Source: Candidatus Saccharimonadota bacterium
GTDB lineage: Bacteria > Bacteroidota > Bacteroidia > Cytophagales > Amoebophilaceae
Assembly: GCF_964030745.1 (NCBI RefSeq)
Contig: NZ_OZ034918.1
Location: 30,001-62,000, forward strand
Length of the DNA: 32,000 bases
Direction: 5' to 3'
The notes under the pieces are model-generated. The model was not told the origin of the DNA, did no database searches, and saw nothing but the letters and a program-made list of their open reading frames with translations. The position numbers were made by a program, and so were the translations under genes. Of this stretch, positions 18,602 through 27,289 are shown one piece after another; the stretch's first letter is position 1, and each line of letters opens with the position of its first letter.

Positions 18602-21600
18602 TTATCTGGAGCTATCCACATCAGGCGTTCTTATGGACGCCAATAGATTGCTCGCTGAGGCGATACTATGGATCTGTCCAGTAATGATCAGCATGAGGTT
18701 TTGTCCCAGCTTTCTTAGCTGACAACAGGTTGGGTGTTGTTGCATATAGCACATAATGTTGTCCCACATATTCGAATGCTTTTTTTGAAAATCAGCGCCT
18801 AGGTAACAATGTAAACGTTGACCTTTAAATGAAATTTTTTGAAACCCAATGCGTTCTCCTTCCCATCGGAGCTGTACCGTTTCCAATAGCGTCTCTGTAG
18901 CAACAGGCAATGGACCAAATCTATCTATCAGCTCTTCTTTAAATTGAATGAATTGGTTCATGTTTTTAAGCTCATTTAACCTGGTATAAAGGGTCATCCG
19001 CTGTGTTGTACTTTGGACATATTCAGGTGGTAAAAGCGCTTCATAGTCGGTTTCAATGGAACATTCATTGTATGGTGTCCTTGTTTCAAACAATGTTTTA
19101 AAGTCATTATGTTTTACCTCGTCTACCGCTTCTTCTAATATTTTACAATAGGTTTCAAAACCAATGTCTGATATAAATCCACTTTGCGATGCACCCAGTA
19201 GGTCGCCTGCACCACGTATATCTAGATCTCTCATAGCCAATTTAAAGCCATCGCCTAATTCTGAAAATTCTTCTAATGCAGCCAGTCTTAGTTTAGCTTC
19301 TGGTGTAAGGGTTACATCTGTTGGAATCAATAGGTGGCAAAAAGCTTGCACATTAGACCGTCCCACCCTTCCACGCATTTGATGTAAATCAGAAAGGCCC
19401 AAAAGATGGCTGTCATTGATGATAATGGTATTGACATTGGGCATATCCATTCCAGACTCTATAATACTAGTGGCAACCAGTATATCGTAGCGTCCTACTA
19501 TAAACTGCAGTATTTTTTCCTCCAACATGGATCCCGCCATTTGCCCATGGGCGATACAGATTCGTGCGGTAGGCAGTAAGTCTGATAAATTTTGTGCGAT
19601 CGCGTTGATATTGCTTACCCTATTGTGCACAAAAAAGACTTGCCCGCCACGTGCTATTTCATCTTCTATCGCTGTTTTAATCAACCTATCATCGAAACGG
19701 TGCACGCTTGTTTGAACAGGCAGTCTATTGGTAGGAGGGGTAGTGAGGATACTTAAATCCCTTGCCCCCATCAGAGAAAAATGGAGGGTACGTGGAATAG
19801 GCGTAGCGGTTAGGGTTAGGGTATCCACATTCAAACGCATCTTCTTGAGCCTTTCTTTGGCACTTACACCAAATTTCTGTTCTTCATCAATAATCAACAG
19901 CCCTAAATCTTTAAACTTGACGCCATTGGTGAGCAACTTATGGGTACCAATTAAAATATCTACCTTTCCAGAAGCTGTATCAGAGAGCGTCTGTTCGATT
20001 TCTTGTTTGGTTTTAAATCGATTGATATAGCTTACATGTACAGGAAAACCGGCAAGCCTATTGATAAAAGAGTTATAGTGTTGCAGCGCTAGGATAGTAG
20101 TAGGTACCAGTACAGCCACTTGTTTGCCATGTTCTGCTGCTTTAAAAGCGGCACGAATGGCGATCTCTGTTTTACCAAACCCTACATCACCACATACCAG
20201 TCGATCCATTGGAGTAGGACGTTCCATGTCTTCTTTAACAGCAGCAATAGCCATTGCTTGGTCTGGGGTTTCCTCATAGCAGAAAGAAGCGGCCAGCTCT
20301 GCATCTAATAAGGTGTCTTCTCCAAACGAAAACCCTATCGTTTTTTTGCGTTCTGCATAGAGTGTAATCAATTCTTTGGCAATGTCTTTGATCTGTTTTT
20401 TGACGCTATTTTTCTTGCGTTGCCAGGCAGAAGTGCCCAATGTATGCATACTAGGCGTTATACCATCTTTACTGGTATATTTGCTGATTTTGTATAGTTC
20501 GTGTACGTTTACGTAGACAATATCGTTGTTTTTATAGATCAGTCGAATGGCTTCTTGTTGGTGGTTATTGATGGGTAAGGAATGTAATCCAGAAAAACGG
20601 CCAATACCATAATCGCTGTGGACTACATAATCACCAATTTCTAGCTTCCTGTATACATCATCGAGTAGGGTTTCTGTTGTGGAATGCTGTTTGGGCGGTT
20701 GGTACCTATAGTATCTGTTAAAAATTTGATGGTCACTATAGCAGACTATTTTTGCTGTATGGTCTATGTAACCTTCTCGCAAACTCAGCAGCAAAGGGCT
20801 AAAAGCTGTTTTGGATGCTTGGGCTTCTAAAATAGTAGTCAGCCGAGCAAATTGCCCCTCCGAAGCAGCTGTAATGTATACATCGTAGCCTTGCTGATCC
20901 CTTTCGCAGAGGTCATGCGCCAGAAGACTAAAGTTTTGCTTAAAAAATGGCTGTTTTTCAGCATTATATAATAATACAAGGTCACCATCTGCAACTAGGC
21001 TAGGTTCTGGTCCAAATAGAATTTGGTGAAAGGGCACAATGGATTCCATAAAGCTTTCCACCGTGTCTGGGGTTACAGTGCTCGACCGGGCTGTTCCTAA
21101 AACTTGCTTATCACAAGTCGCTTGTGCAAGGGAGCTATTGGTTGGCGATGCTTCTAAAATCTTTTTTTTATTTTTTATCCAGATACAACTCCCTGTGGGT
21201 AGGCAAGCGGCAAAGGAGGTGTAAGTCAATTGCTCATTACAAATCGTTTGCGAAAGAGGGCTATGGGGCAAAATAGTTGCTATATTGGTCTTTTTAAAAG
21301 ATTTTTGGTCTTTAGGGTCAAAAATGCGGATGGTAGACACTTGATCACCCCATAGTTCTACTCGATAGGGAAACGATTGGTTTATCGCATAAATATCCAT
21401 AATGCCGCCCCGTATAGCAAACTGGCCTGTACTATAGACAAAATCCACTTTTGTAAATCCTTGTTGCCCAAGGGTATTTTCCAACGTTTGCATCGATAAG
21501 GTTTGGCCTACCTCTATTTTATAACCCATAGCAGCAACCAGGGAGGGCGCGACGATCTTTTCTAAAAGTGCGGCTATGTGGGTGACCACCAATGGAGCAG

Positions 21601-21937
21601 ATTGGCTTTCGCTTATAGCATGTATGATAGCAGATCGTTTGTTTTGAATCGTTTTATATTTATCGTCTTTTTGTTCTAAACTGGGCAAAAGCAACACAGA
21701 ATGGGCAGGCAATAAATGGATTAAATCCCCATAAATAGCCAATGCTTCTTCTTTATTTTCCATCACAACCAGCTGCAACTGGCTGCAATTTTGTTGCAAC
21801 GCTGCAATCAGTAACGCATCTAAGCTACCTTGCAGCCCCTGTAAATGAATATTTTTTGGCTTTTGCTTTAGGTAGTTTGTAAGCTTGGTTACAACTTCGT
21901 TTTTTTTGTACAGCGTTATAAAATCGTTGATCTGCAA
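18602..21937 (-). CDS. mfd: Transcription-repair coupling factor
   Basis: 1111-aa ORF with a UvrB-homology N-terminal region, a CarD-like RNAP-interaction domain (GDYVVHSDYGIGRF), SF2 helicase motifs (GDVGFGKTE, DEEQKFG) and the TRCF C-terminal domain. Confidence 0.97.
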   Translation of the reverse strand: MQINDFITLYKKNEVVTKLTNYLKQKPKNIHLQGLQGSLDALLIAALQQNCSQLQLVVMENKEEALAIYGDLIHLLPAHSVLLLPSLEQKDDKYKTIQNKRSAIIHAISESQSAPLVVTHIAALLEKIVAPSLVAAMGYKIEVGQTLSMQTLENTLGQQGFTKVDFVYSTGQFAIRGGIMDIYAINQSFPYRVELWGDQVSTIRIFDPKDQKSFKKTNIATILPHSPLSQTICNEQLTYTSFAACLPTGSCIWIKNKKKILEASPTNSSLAQATCDKQVLGTARSSTVTPDTVESFMESIVPFHQILFGPEPSLVADGDLVLLYNAEKQPFFKQNFSLLAHDLCERDQQGYDVYITAASEGQFARLTTILEAQASKTAFSPLLLSLREGYIDHTAKIVCYSDHQIFNRYYRYQPPKQHSTTETLLDDVYRKLEIGDYVVHSDYGIGRFSGLHSLPINNHQQEAIRLIYKNNDIVYVNVHELYKISKYTSKDGITPSMHTLGTSAWQRKKNSVKKQIKDIAKELITLYAERKKTIGFSFGEDTLLDAELAASFCYEETPDQAMAIAAVKEDMERPTPMDRLVCGDVGFGKTEIAIRAAFKAAEHGKQVAVLVPTTILALQHYNSFINRLAGFPVHVSYINRFKTKQEIEQTLSDTASGKVDILIGTHKLLTNGVKFKDLGLLIIDEEQKFGVSAKERLKKMRLNVDTLTLTATPIPRTLHFSLMGARDLSILTTPPTNRLPVQTSVHRFDDRLIKTAIEDEIARGGQVFFVHNRVSNINAIAQNLSDLLPTARICIAHGQMAGSMLEEKILQFIVGRYDILVATSIIESGMDMPNVNTIIINDSHLLGLSDLHQMRGRVGRSNVQAFCHLLIPTDVTLTPEAKLRLAALEEFSELGDGFKLAMRDLDIRGAGDLLGASQSGFISDIGFETYCKILEEAVDEVKHNDFKTLFETRTPYNECSIETDYEALLPPEYVQSTTQRMTLYTRLNELKNMNQFIQFKEELIDRFGPLPVATETLLETVQLRWEGERIGFQKISFKGQRLHCYLGADFQKKHSNMWDNIMCYMQQHPTCCQLRKLGQNLMLIITGQIHSIASASNLLASIRTPDVDSSR

Positions 21938-22008
21938 GATTAGAATAAAGGTTAACTATAAAGATTACGTCCAACGCAAAGCTACAAATACTTTTTTAAA
22001 AAGATAGT

Positions 22009-22088
22009 AGACCTTCTGCAAAAGCTATTTTTGATCAGCAATTTTTAGGAGAAGCGCAGTCGAGCACTATAGCTTTTGCAGAAGGTCT
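22009..22088. mobile_element. MITE-like element, internally deleted copy (80 bp), inverted relative to 18355-18496
   Basis: It has the same termini (AGACCTTCTGCAAAAGC ... GCTTTTGCAGAAGGTCT). Its interior, TTTGATCAGCAATTTTTAGGAGAAGCG, is the reverse complement of 18449-18476 in copy 1. About 62 bp of copy 1 is missing. Confidence 0.75.
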
Positions 22089-22309
22089 AGTGATCAGTGC
22101 ATCGCTTTGGTAGGGCTTATGCTGTTTTTTCCTTTTGCTTTTGCCATACGATCGATAGCTGCTCAAGGGTGTTGCATAATTATGCAAGTGGGTTAATTAA
22201 GTAATTTTTCTAAACAATACAACAACTGAGTCGGTCCTTTTTTGATCTGGCATTCTATTATTTATCGATTGATAATCGTATATTAATTCATTAAACCAAG
22301 CATAATCAG

Positions 22310-23032
22310 GTGGCTAAGCAGGACAGAAGCAATTTACGCATAACACTTTTATTGTATTCCTTTATCTTAAGTTCAAGTCTATGCAGAGGGAGTACATTTG
22401 CAGAACTTCCAGGACCTCTGATAGAAGCTTTAGAGTCAAAGGTTGATCCACCAACCCATAGACCGGAAAAAGTGTCTACATCACCAGATATTATCAGTAG
22501 CCATGCTGTTCATACCACTAATGCTCCTTTAAGCCCAAATGAAAAAGTGTCTACACTACCAGATATTGTCGGCAGCCATGCTGGTAATGGTAGTGGTAGC
22601 CAAGTCATGCAACCACCCCAAATGGAAAATAGCTTCGAAGCAGTATATAAGCTAGCATCTGCAGCGTTCACTCCAATACTTAGGTCTAGACAACTATTTC
22701 TAGCTTTAATATCAAAAATTAAATCAGATGAAGAATTGGTAGCGTTAAAAAAAGTGTTAGAAAGAACGTTCGAGGAAAAGTTAAGCAACTATACCTATTT
22801 TCTTGCCTTAACAAAAGAGTTAGAAGGAGAAGAAAGCTTCAAGCAAGATGTCGGAGCAGAAATAGTGAAGATTATTCATGCAAACCAGAACGAATTAAGT
22901 GAATATAGAGCGTTAAAAACGTTACTGGCTGTTAGGGAGTATAACAACAATCAAATTAGCATCACAAAAAGTCCAAATCTCTCAAGGAGTAGTTCAAGAT
23001 ATAGAACAAACTGTCGAAGAAGCCAAAAGTAA
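22310..23032 (+). CDS. Hypothetical secreted/lipoprotein with a 25-aa tandem repeat, possibly the 5' part of a frameshifted gene
   Basis: GTG start. Signal with LSSSLC lipobox. Repeated EKVST(S/L)PDI(I/V)(S/G)SHA segment. The last 25 or so residues (ISITKSPNLSRSSSRYRTNCRRSQK) look out of frame. Confidence 0.6.
   Translation: MAKQDRSNLRITLLLYSFILSSSLCRGSTFAELPGPLIEALESKVDPPTHRPEKVSTSPDIISSHAVHTTNAPLSPNEKVSTLPDIVGSHAGNGSGSQVMQPPQMENSFEAVYKLASAAFTPILRSRQLFLALISKIKSDEELVALKKVLERTFEEKLSNYTYFLALTKELEGEESFKQDVGAEIVKIIHANQNELSEYRALKTLLAVREYNNNQISITKSPNLSRSSSRYRTNCRRSQK
22466..22583 (+). repeat. In-frame 75-bp tandem duplication inside the 22310-23032 ORF
   Basis: GAAAAAGTGTCTACATCACCAGATATTATCAGTAGCCATGCTG (22466-22508) and GAAAAAGTGTCTACACTACCAGATATTGTCGGCAGCCATGCTG (22541-22583). 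Confidence 0.85.
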
Positions 23033-23066
23033 AAACCACATCATACCTGCACAACAATGGGAAGAA

Positions 23067-23567
23067 ATGATAGATGGTACGCTGTTAATCCTTAAAGATG
23101 AAAAAGATGAAATAGCTGCTTATGAAAATAGCGTAAAAAAGTTTTTACAGAAACATCCAGACATGAAGGGGGCAAAGATAGCAAACATTATGCCGTTGAC
23201 TAGCGTAGCAAAAATGGTTCGAGAAAGTCTGCAATCACTTCAAATAGCTATAAACGAAATAGGTGGCTCATCTTCTATTAAAGCAGTAATCCAAGGGCAG
23301 GAAGTCACAGTACGGGATGCGCTAATAACGGCAAACGAAATTTGTACAAAGTTATTAGAATGTATACAAAACGAAATGGAAAAAATGGAAAAAATAAACG
23401 AAGAAATAAAAACATTAGAAAATGTTAAAGAAGAACTATTCAGTGACATAGACAAATATTCAAAAATGATAGAGCAACTCGAAACAGTAGAAAAATCCAT
23501 TCATGCGCTCAAGCCGCCTGACTTGTTGGAAGAAAACCTTAATAATCCATCTAAAAAATCTTATTAA
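23067..23567 (+). CDS. Hypothetical coiled-coil protein, possibly the 3' part of the frameshifted 22310 gene
   Basis: 166-aa Glu/Lys-rich helical ORF. Its frame stays open and protein-like upstream to 22944 (QQFKLASQKVQISQGVVQDIEQTVEEAKSKNHIIPAQQWEE-MIDG...). Confidence 0.6.
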   Translation: MIDGTLLILKDEKDEIAAYENSVKKFLQKHPDMKGAKIANIMPLTSVAKMVRESLQSLQIAINEIGGSSSIKAVIQGQEVTVRDALITANEICTKLLECIQNEMEKMEKINEEIKTLENVKEELFSDIDKYSKMIEQLETVEKSIHALKPPDLLEENLNNPSKKSY

Positions 23568-23576
23568 GCTACTAGC

Positions 23577-23969
23577 CATCGATAAAAAATTGCATCGATT
23601 CATCACCATGGCTACGTTTTTCTAAAAAAGCAAGCGGCTAGCATCTATTCACCACTGTGGCAGAAAATACGTTTTTTCTAGCTTTTCGTGAGTATCCATT
23701 CATCACTGTGATTACGTTTTTCTGAAAAAGCAAATAGCTGACCAAGTACCCGCCCCGCGTCTCCTTCGATAAAAAATGGCGCTCTAGTAAAACACTAACA
23801 GCTGAGCGATATGTTTTTTAGCGGATTAGAAAATCGTCTGTTTGAAGCCCGTTTGCGGGCTGAGTTTACGATTTTCCCGCTAAAAAACATATCGATTCAT
23901 CTATTTACTATCGGGCCAGACTTTTTATCGAAGGAAATAAGGGGCCCAGCCACAGGCGTGAATAGATAT
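23577..23969. repeat. Structured palindromic repeat array, copy B (uninterrupted, inverted relative to copy A)
   Basis: Collinear with the reverse complement of 2130-2220 + 5174-5288 + 6850-6982. Contains three units of about 50 bp (starting near 23592, 23641 and 23692), an 80-nt three-tier hairpin (23811-23890) and a terminal mini-palindrome ending GTGAATAGATAT. Confidence 0.85.
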
Positions 23970-23985
23970 AAAAAATTTTTGCACT

Positions 23986-25791
23986 TCATGCCAAGCCATC
24001 CACTACAAATTTATCTTTAACAAAGCGCAACACTGGAATATGCTGATTGGCACGATGTTTTCCGTAAGAAACACCCTGAAAAATCAGGCCATTGTAATGC
24101 ACGTTTTCCCATTCTTTTTGAAAATAAGTACCATAACGTCCTAGCATGCTACCAAAAAATAGCATCATTTCATAACCAATGTAGCTTTTTTCATTGGGTT
24201 GCGTACTATTTTTTTCAAAAAATGTTTTTCGAAACGCACTTAAAGCAGGCCTACTATAGTCTATATAATTGGGAGATAAAAATAGAATAGGCAGCCTATT
24301 GAGTTGATGCACATTTAATATCTCCTTTTTGATCCATTGTTCGTGGCCTATAATTTGTGGTTTAATACCAAGTTTTAAGCAAAGACTGATTACATTAGAG
24401 ATCAGCAATTCATCTTGAGAGGGTACATAGATATGGGTTAGTTTTGTGCAGTCCAATCTATCTTGTTCGCTGCTTTCAACTTCTTTTTCTTCCTGCTCTT
24501 GATTGCTAGCTTCTTCAAAAAAGCCTTTGATCTTTTCACTAGAAAGTTGCACAAACAGATCTATTGGCTTACCTAATTGCTGCTCAACCCTATCTTTATA
24601 TAACGTTGCTTGCAATACATCTTTCTGATCCATACCATAAAAAACAGCTATGCAAGGCTCCTCTATTGCTTTACCATATATATCACTGAGTGTAAGCGTT
24701 GCTGCTTTTTGAGCGTAAGTTTCTAAGTCAGGTTGAAAAAGAAAGGCAAATGGATTTCCGTGCGTTACGGCAGCATTATCCGAAATAGGATTCACAAGAT
24801 TAATTTTGTGTTTTTTAGCAAATGCAGCCACCAAGGGAATGGTATTAGGGTAGAGAGGGCCTATAATTAGATCCATATAGGGCATCGCTTCTTGTGCCAA
24901 CAATGCTTTCGTAACCGCTACATTTCTTTTGGTATCAAAGGCAAAAAGATTGATAACAATACCCTCCTTAGCAAGTCTTTCTATAGCCAATTCTATACCT
25001 TGATATAGCTCAATAACAAATTGGTCTGTACATGCTGCATAATTCAATTCATCTACAAAGAAGGGAAGCAAAACAGCTACATCATAAGCAGCTTTGCGCT
25101 TAGCAGTTAAGTGTTTCAAAGGATCATATATATAGTCTGAAAAATTATATTGTTGTTTTAACCTATCTAGCAGAGCAAAATCTTGCGTAAGGTAAGCCTG
25201 TTTAGCCACTTTTTTATGCAAAATAGCTTTAATCATAGAATCATTTGGGAACCTTTTGATCAGTTCCTGCAAAAAGGCCTCATTTGCTATTTTTTTAAGG
25301 AAGTATTTTTTCATTTGCAGCACTGCATCAGTCATATTTTTGTCTTCAATCAAAGCAAGGAAGGCTAAAGCCCCTGCAAAATCTTCCGCTTCAAAGCTAC
25401 ATTGCGCAGACCAGTAATAGACTTCATTGCATTTGTTCCAATCTGGAAACCGCTTTGGTATTTCTAAAAAAGCTTGCCTGGCAGTTGCTTTTTCACCATT
25501 ATGATAAGCTGCCAATGCATAGTAAAAATGAATATAGGGGGAAAGGGAAGGGGGGTGGGCTATTTTTCTAAGTCCATCAAATAATACTTTTGCCTGAGCA
25601 TAATCTGCTGATTTATAAACTTGCTTAGCTGCTTCATATTGCGCCAATAGAAGCCGAGCATGTCGATCAGACATCCCCAAACCTACTTTGTTGCGTTTTG
25701 CTATAGCAATACCTCCTAAAGTGGGCCACAACAAAATCAACAATAGATAAAGATTAATAACTGTTCTGACTTGTTTTGTATACAAACGCAT
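23986..25791 (-). CDS. TPR-repeat plus type-1 periplasmic-binding-fold (LivK-like) domain protein
   Basis: The ATG at 25791 (MRLYTKQVRTVINLYLLLILLWPTLGG, signal/anchor) is preferred over the TTG at 25830. TPR-like helices (YYALAAYHNGEKATARQAF, YYWSAQCSFEAEDFAGALAF). The PBP1-like core follows (YDVAVLLPF..., DLIIGPLYPNTIPLVAAFAKKHKINLVNPIS). Confidence 0.7.
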   Translation of the reverse strand: MRLYTKQVRTVINLYLLLILLWPTLGGIAIAKRNKVGLGMSDRHARLLLAQYEAAKQVYKSADYAQAKVLFDGLRKIAHPPSLSPYIHFYYALAAYHNGEKATARQAFLEIPKRFPDWNKCNEVYYWSAQCSFEAEDFAGALAFLALIEDKNMTDAVLQMKKYFLKKIANEAFLQELIKRFPNDSMIKAILHKKVAKQAYLTQDFALLDRLKQQYNFSDYIYDPLKHLTAKRKAAYDVAVLLPFFVDELNYAACTDQFVIELYQGIELAIERLAKEGIVINLFAFDTKRNVAVTKALLAQEAMPYMDLIIGPLYPNTIPLVAAFAKKHKINLVNPISDNAAVTHGNPFAFLFQPDLETYAQKAATLTLSDIYGKAIEEPCIAVFYGMDQKDVLQATLYKDRVEQQLGKPIDLFVQLSSEKIKGFFEEASNQEQEEKEVESSEQDRLDCTKLTHIYVPSQDELLISNVISLCLKLGIKPQIIGHEQWIKKEILNVHQLNRLPILFLSPNYIDYSRPALSAFRKTFFEKNSTQPNEKSYIGYEMMLFFGSMLGRYGTYFQKEWENVHYNGLIFQGVSYGKHRANQHIPVLRFVKDKFVVDGLA

Positions 25792-26105
25792 ATTTAGATC
25801 CAACTTAATGTAAATATAGAGGCCAATCAACGGACTTAAATATAGACTGCTTTCGAAAGCAGTCTAATGGCTAAATGTTGTTGAAGACAAAGCGTAAAAT
25901 AATAGAAAATGTACATTTATTTCATCTTTATAGCATAAAAAATAATGGACAAAGTAATAGGTTGTCCACTTTGCTGCATTGTACAACCAGGTATACGCTT
26001 CATAAAATACAACTACCTCTTGAAGAGAAGTTATAAAAAACGATAAATGTTATATATTTAACCTAGGGTAGGGTATATCCATGATATCTTAAAATGTAAG
26101 TAAGT

Positions 26106-26705
26106 ATGTATAAAAATTTAAACAACTACGTCTATAAACTTGGTTTATTGTTTGCATGTACATTGTCTATTAATTTTACCAATAAAATAGTCTATTGTGC
26201 CTTGCTATTTACTGCTTTAACAGTGGTCCTAAATAGTATAGCAAAGTGGCATGGCAGTAAAAAGGCTGCTATAAGCATACTATTGTGCAGCGCTACTAGC
26301 TTTGCTTTTTTATATGATAAACAATATTATATTTCCGGTAAGCTTATCCATGGGCTTATATTAACCTCTTTATGTGCTATATTAGTTGCTTCATATATTG
26401 GACTTAAGCTTTTTTTAAAACTACAAACACGCTATGGGTTTGCAGCAAGCAATTGTATAAGCTTATTCATCTCTTCACTTGTGGATCACCTGATCATGGG
26501 GCTGTTTTTTACTCGAGTATTTCCTATCCGTAAGGTTTGGTTAATAGTCTATCAAGAAACAGCTTATATTTACCTTTTTTCAGCTGCAATATATCTAGGC
26601 TCAGCTATAATTTTGTATGCAAAGCCAGCTTATATTAAAGTTAAAAAACAATTGCGCCTGCTTTGCACTATCCGTTCTGTTAAATCTAAGATACCACCCT
26701 TATAA
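26106..26705 (+). CDS. Polytopic membrane protein, possibly VUT/YhhQ (queuosine-precursor transporter) family
   Basis: 199 aa with about six hydrophobic segments. The segment SNCISLFISSLVDHLIMGLFF resembles the conserved VUT-family helix. The family call comes from memory of YhhQ only. Confidence 0.45.
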   Translation: MYKNLNNYVYKLGLLFACTLSINFTNKIVYCALLFTALTVVLNSIAKWHGSKKAAISILLCSATSFAFLYDKQYYISGKLIHGLILTSLCAILVASYIGLKLFLKLQTRYGFAASNCISLFISSLVDHLIMGLFFTRVFPIRKVWLIVYQETAYIYLFSAAIYLGSAIILYAKPAYIKVKKQLRLLCTIRSVKSKIPPL

Positions 26706-26743
26706 GCCATCATCATAGTAGAACAAAATCCAGTAGCCTCTAA

Positions 26744-27283
26744 ATGATTCTAAATAGAGCCTTTTTTGGACAAGACACCAATACCGTCAGCACCCATCTC
26801 ATTGGCAAGCTGCTGTGTTTTCGTAATTTTAAGGGAATCATTACGGAAACAGAGAGTTACATTGGCTCAGATGATCCCGCTTGCCATGCAGCTAGAGGGA
26901 TGACGCCAAGAACTAAAATCATGTTTGGATCTGCTGGGTTTAGTTATGTATATTTCATATATGGCAAATATTACTGCTTAAATATTGTTACGGAAGCTTT
27001 AAATTTTCCAGCGGCCACACTCATTAGAGGCATACAACTGATTCATCCACCCTATACTTATCTAAATGGACCGGGCAAACTTTGTCAGTTTTTAGGTATT
27101 GATTTAAGCCATAATGCGATCGATGTAACGCTATCAAAGTCATTGTATATTAAGGATATAGGTTTTCAATTATCCTATAAAGCAACACCTAGAATAGGGA
27201 TTTCAAAAGGTTTGGATAAAATGTGGCGGTACGTTATTACGGATAAAGATGGTATAGCAGCTATGCTACCCCATACAACTTAA
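26744..27283 (+). CDS. mpg: DNA-3-methyladenine glycosylase (AAG/Mpg family)
   Basis: FF.QDT..V...LIGK.L, ITETESY.G.DDPACHA, G.TPRT..MFG..G..YVY.IYG...CLNIV and ATLIRGI are characteristic of the Mpg/AAG family. Confidence 0.9.
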   Translation: MILNRAFFGQDTNTVSTHLIGKLLCFRNFKGIITETESYIGSDDPACHAARGMTPRTKIMFGSAGFSYVYFIYGKYYCLNIVTEALNFPAATLIRGIQLIHPPYTYLNGPGKLCQFLGIDLSHNAIDVTLSKSLYIKDIGFQLSYKATPRIGISKGLDKMWRYVITDKDGIAAMLPHTT

Positions 27284-27289
27284 ACGGCT

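Noticed and set aside
23577-23969. Possible CRISPR array, because of units repeating about every 50 bp
   Set aside because: There are only three imperfect units and no unique spacers of constant length. The same sequence recurs elsewhere as a dispersed repeat, and no cas genes are present.
23811-24020. 69-aa ORF in the repeat array (copy B)
   Set aside because: Same reason. It spans the 80-nt hairpin and mini-palindrome and runs into the 3' end of the converging 614-aa gene.
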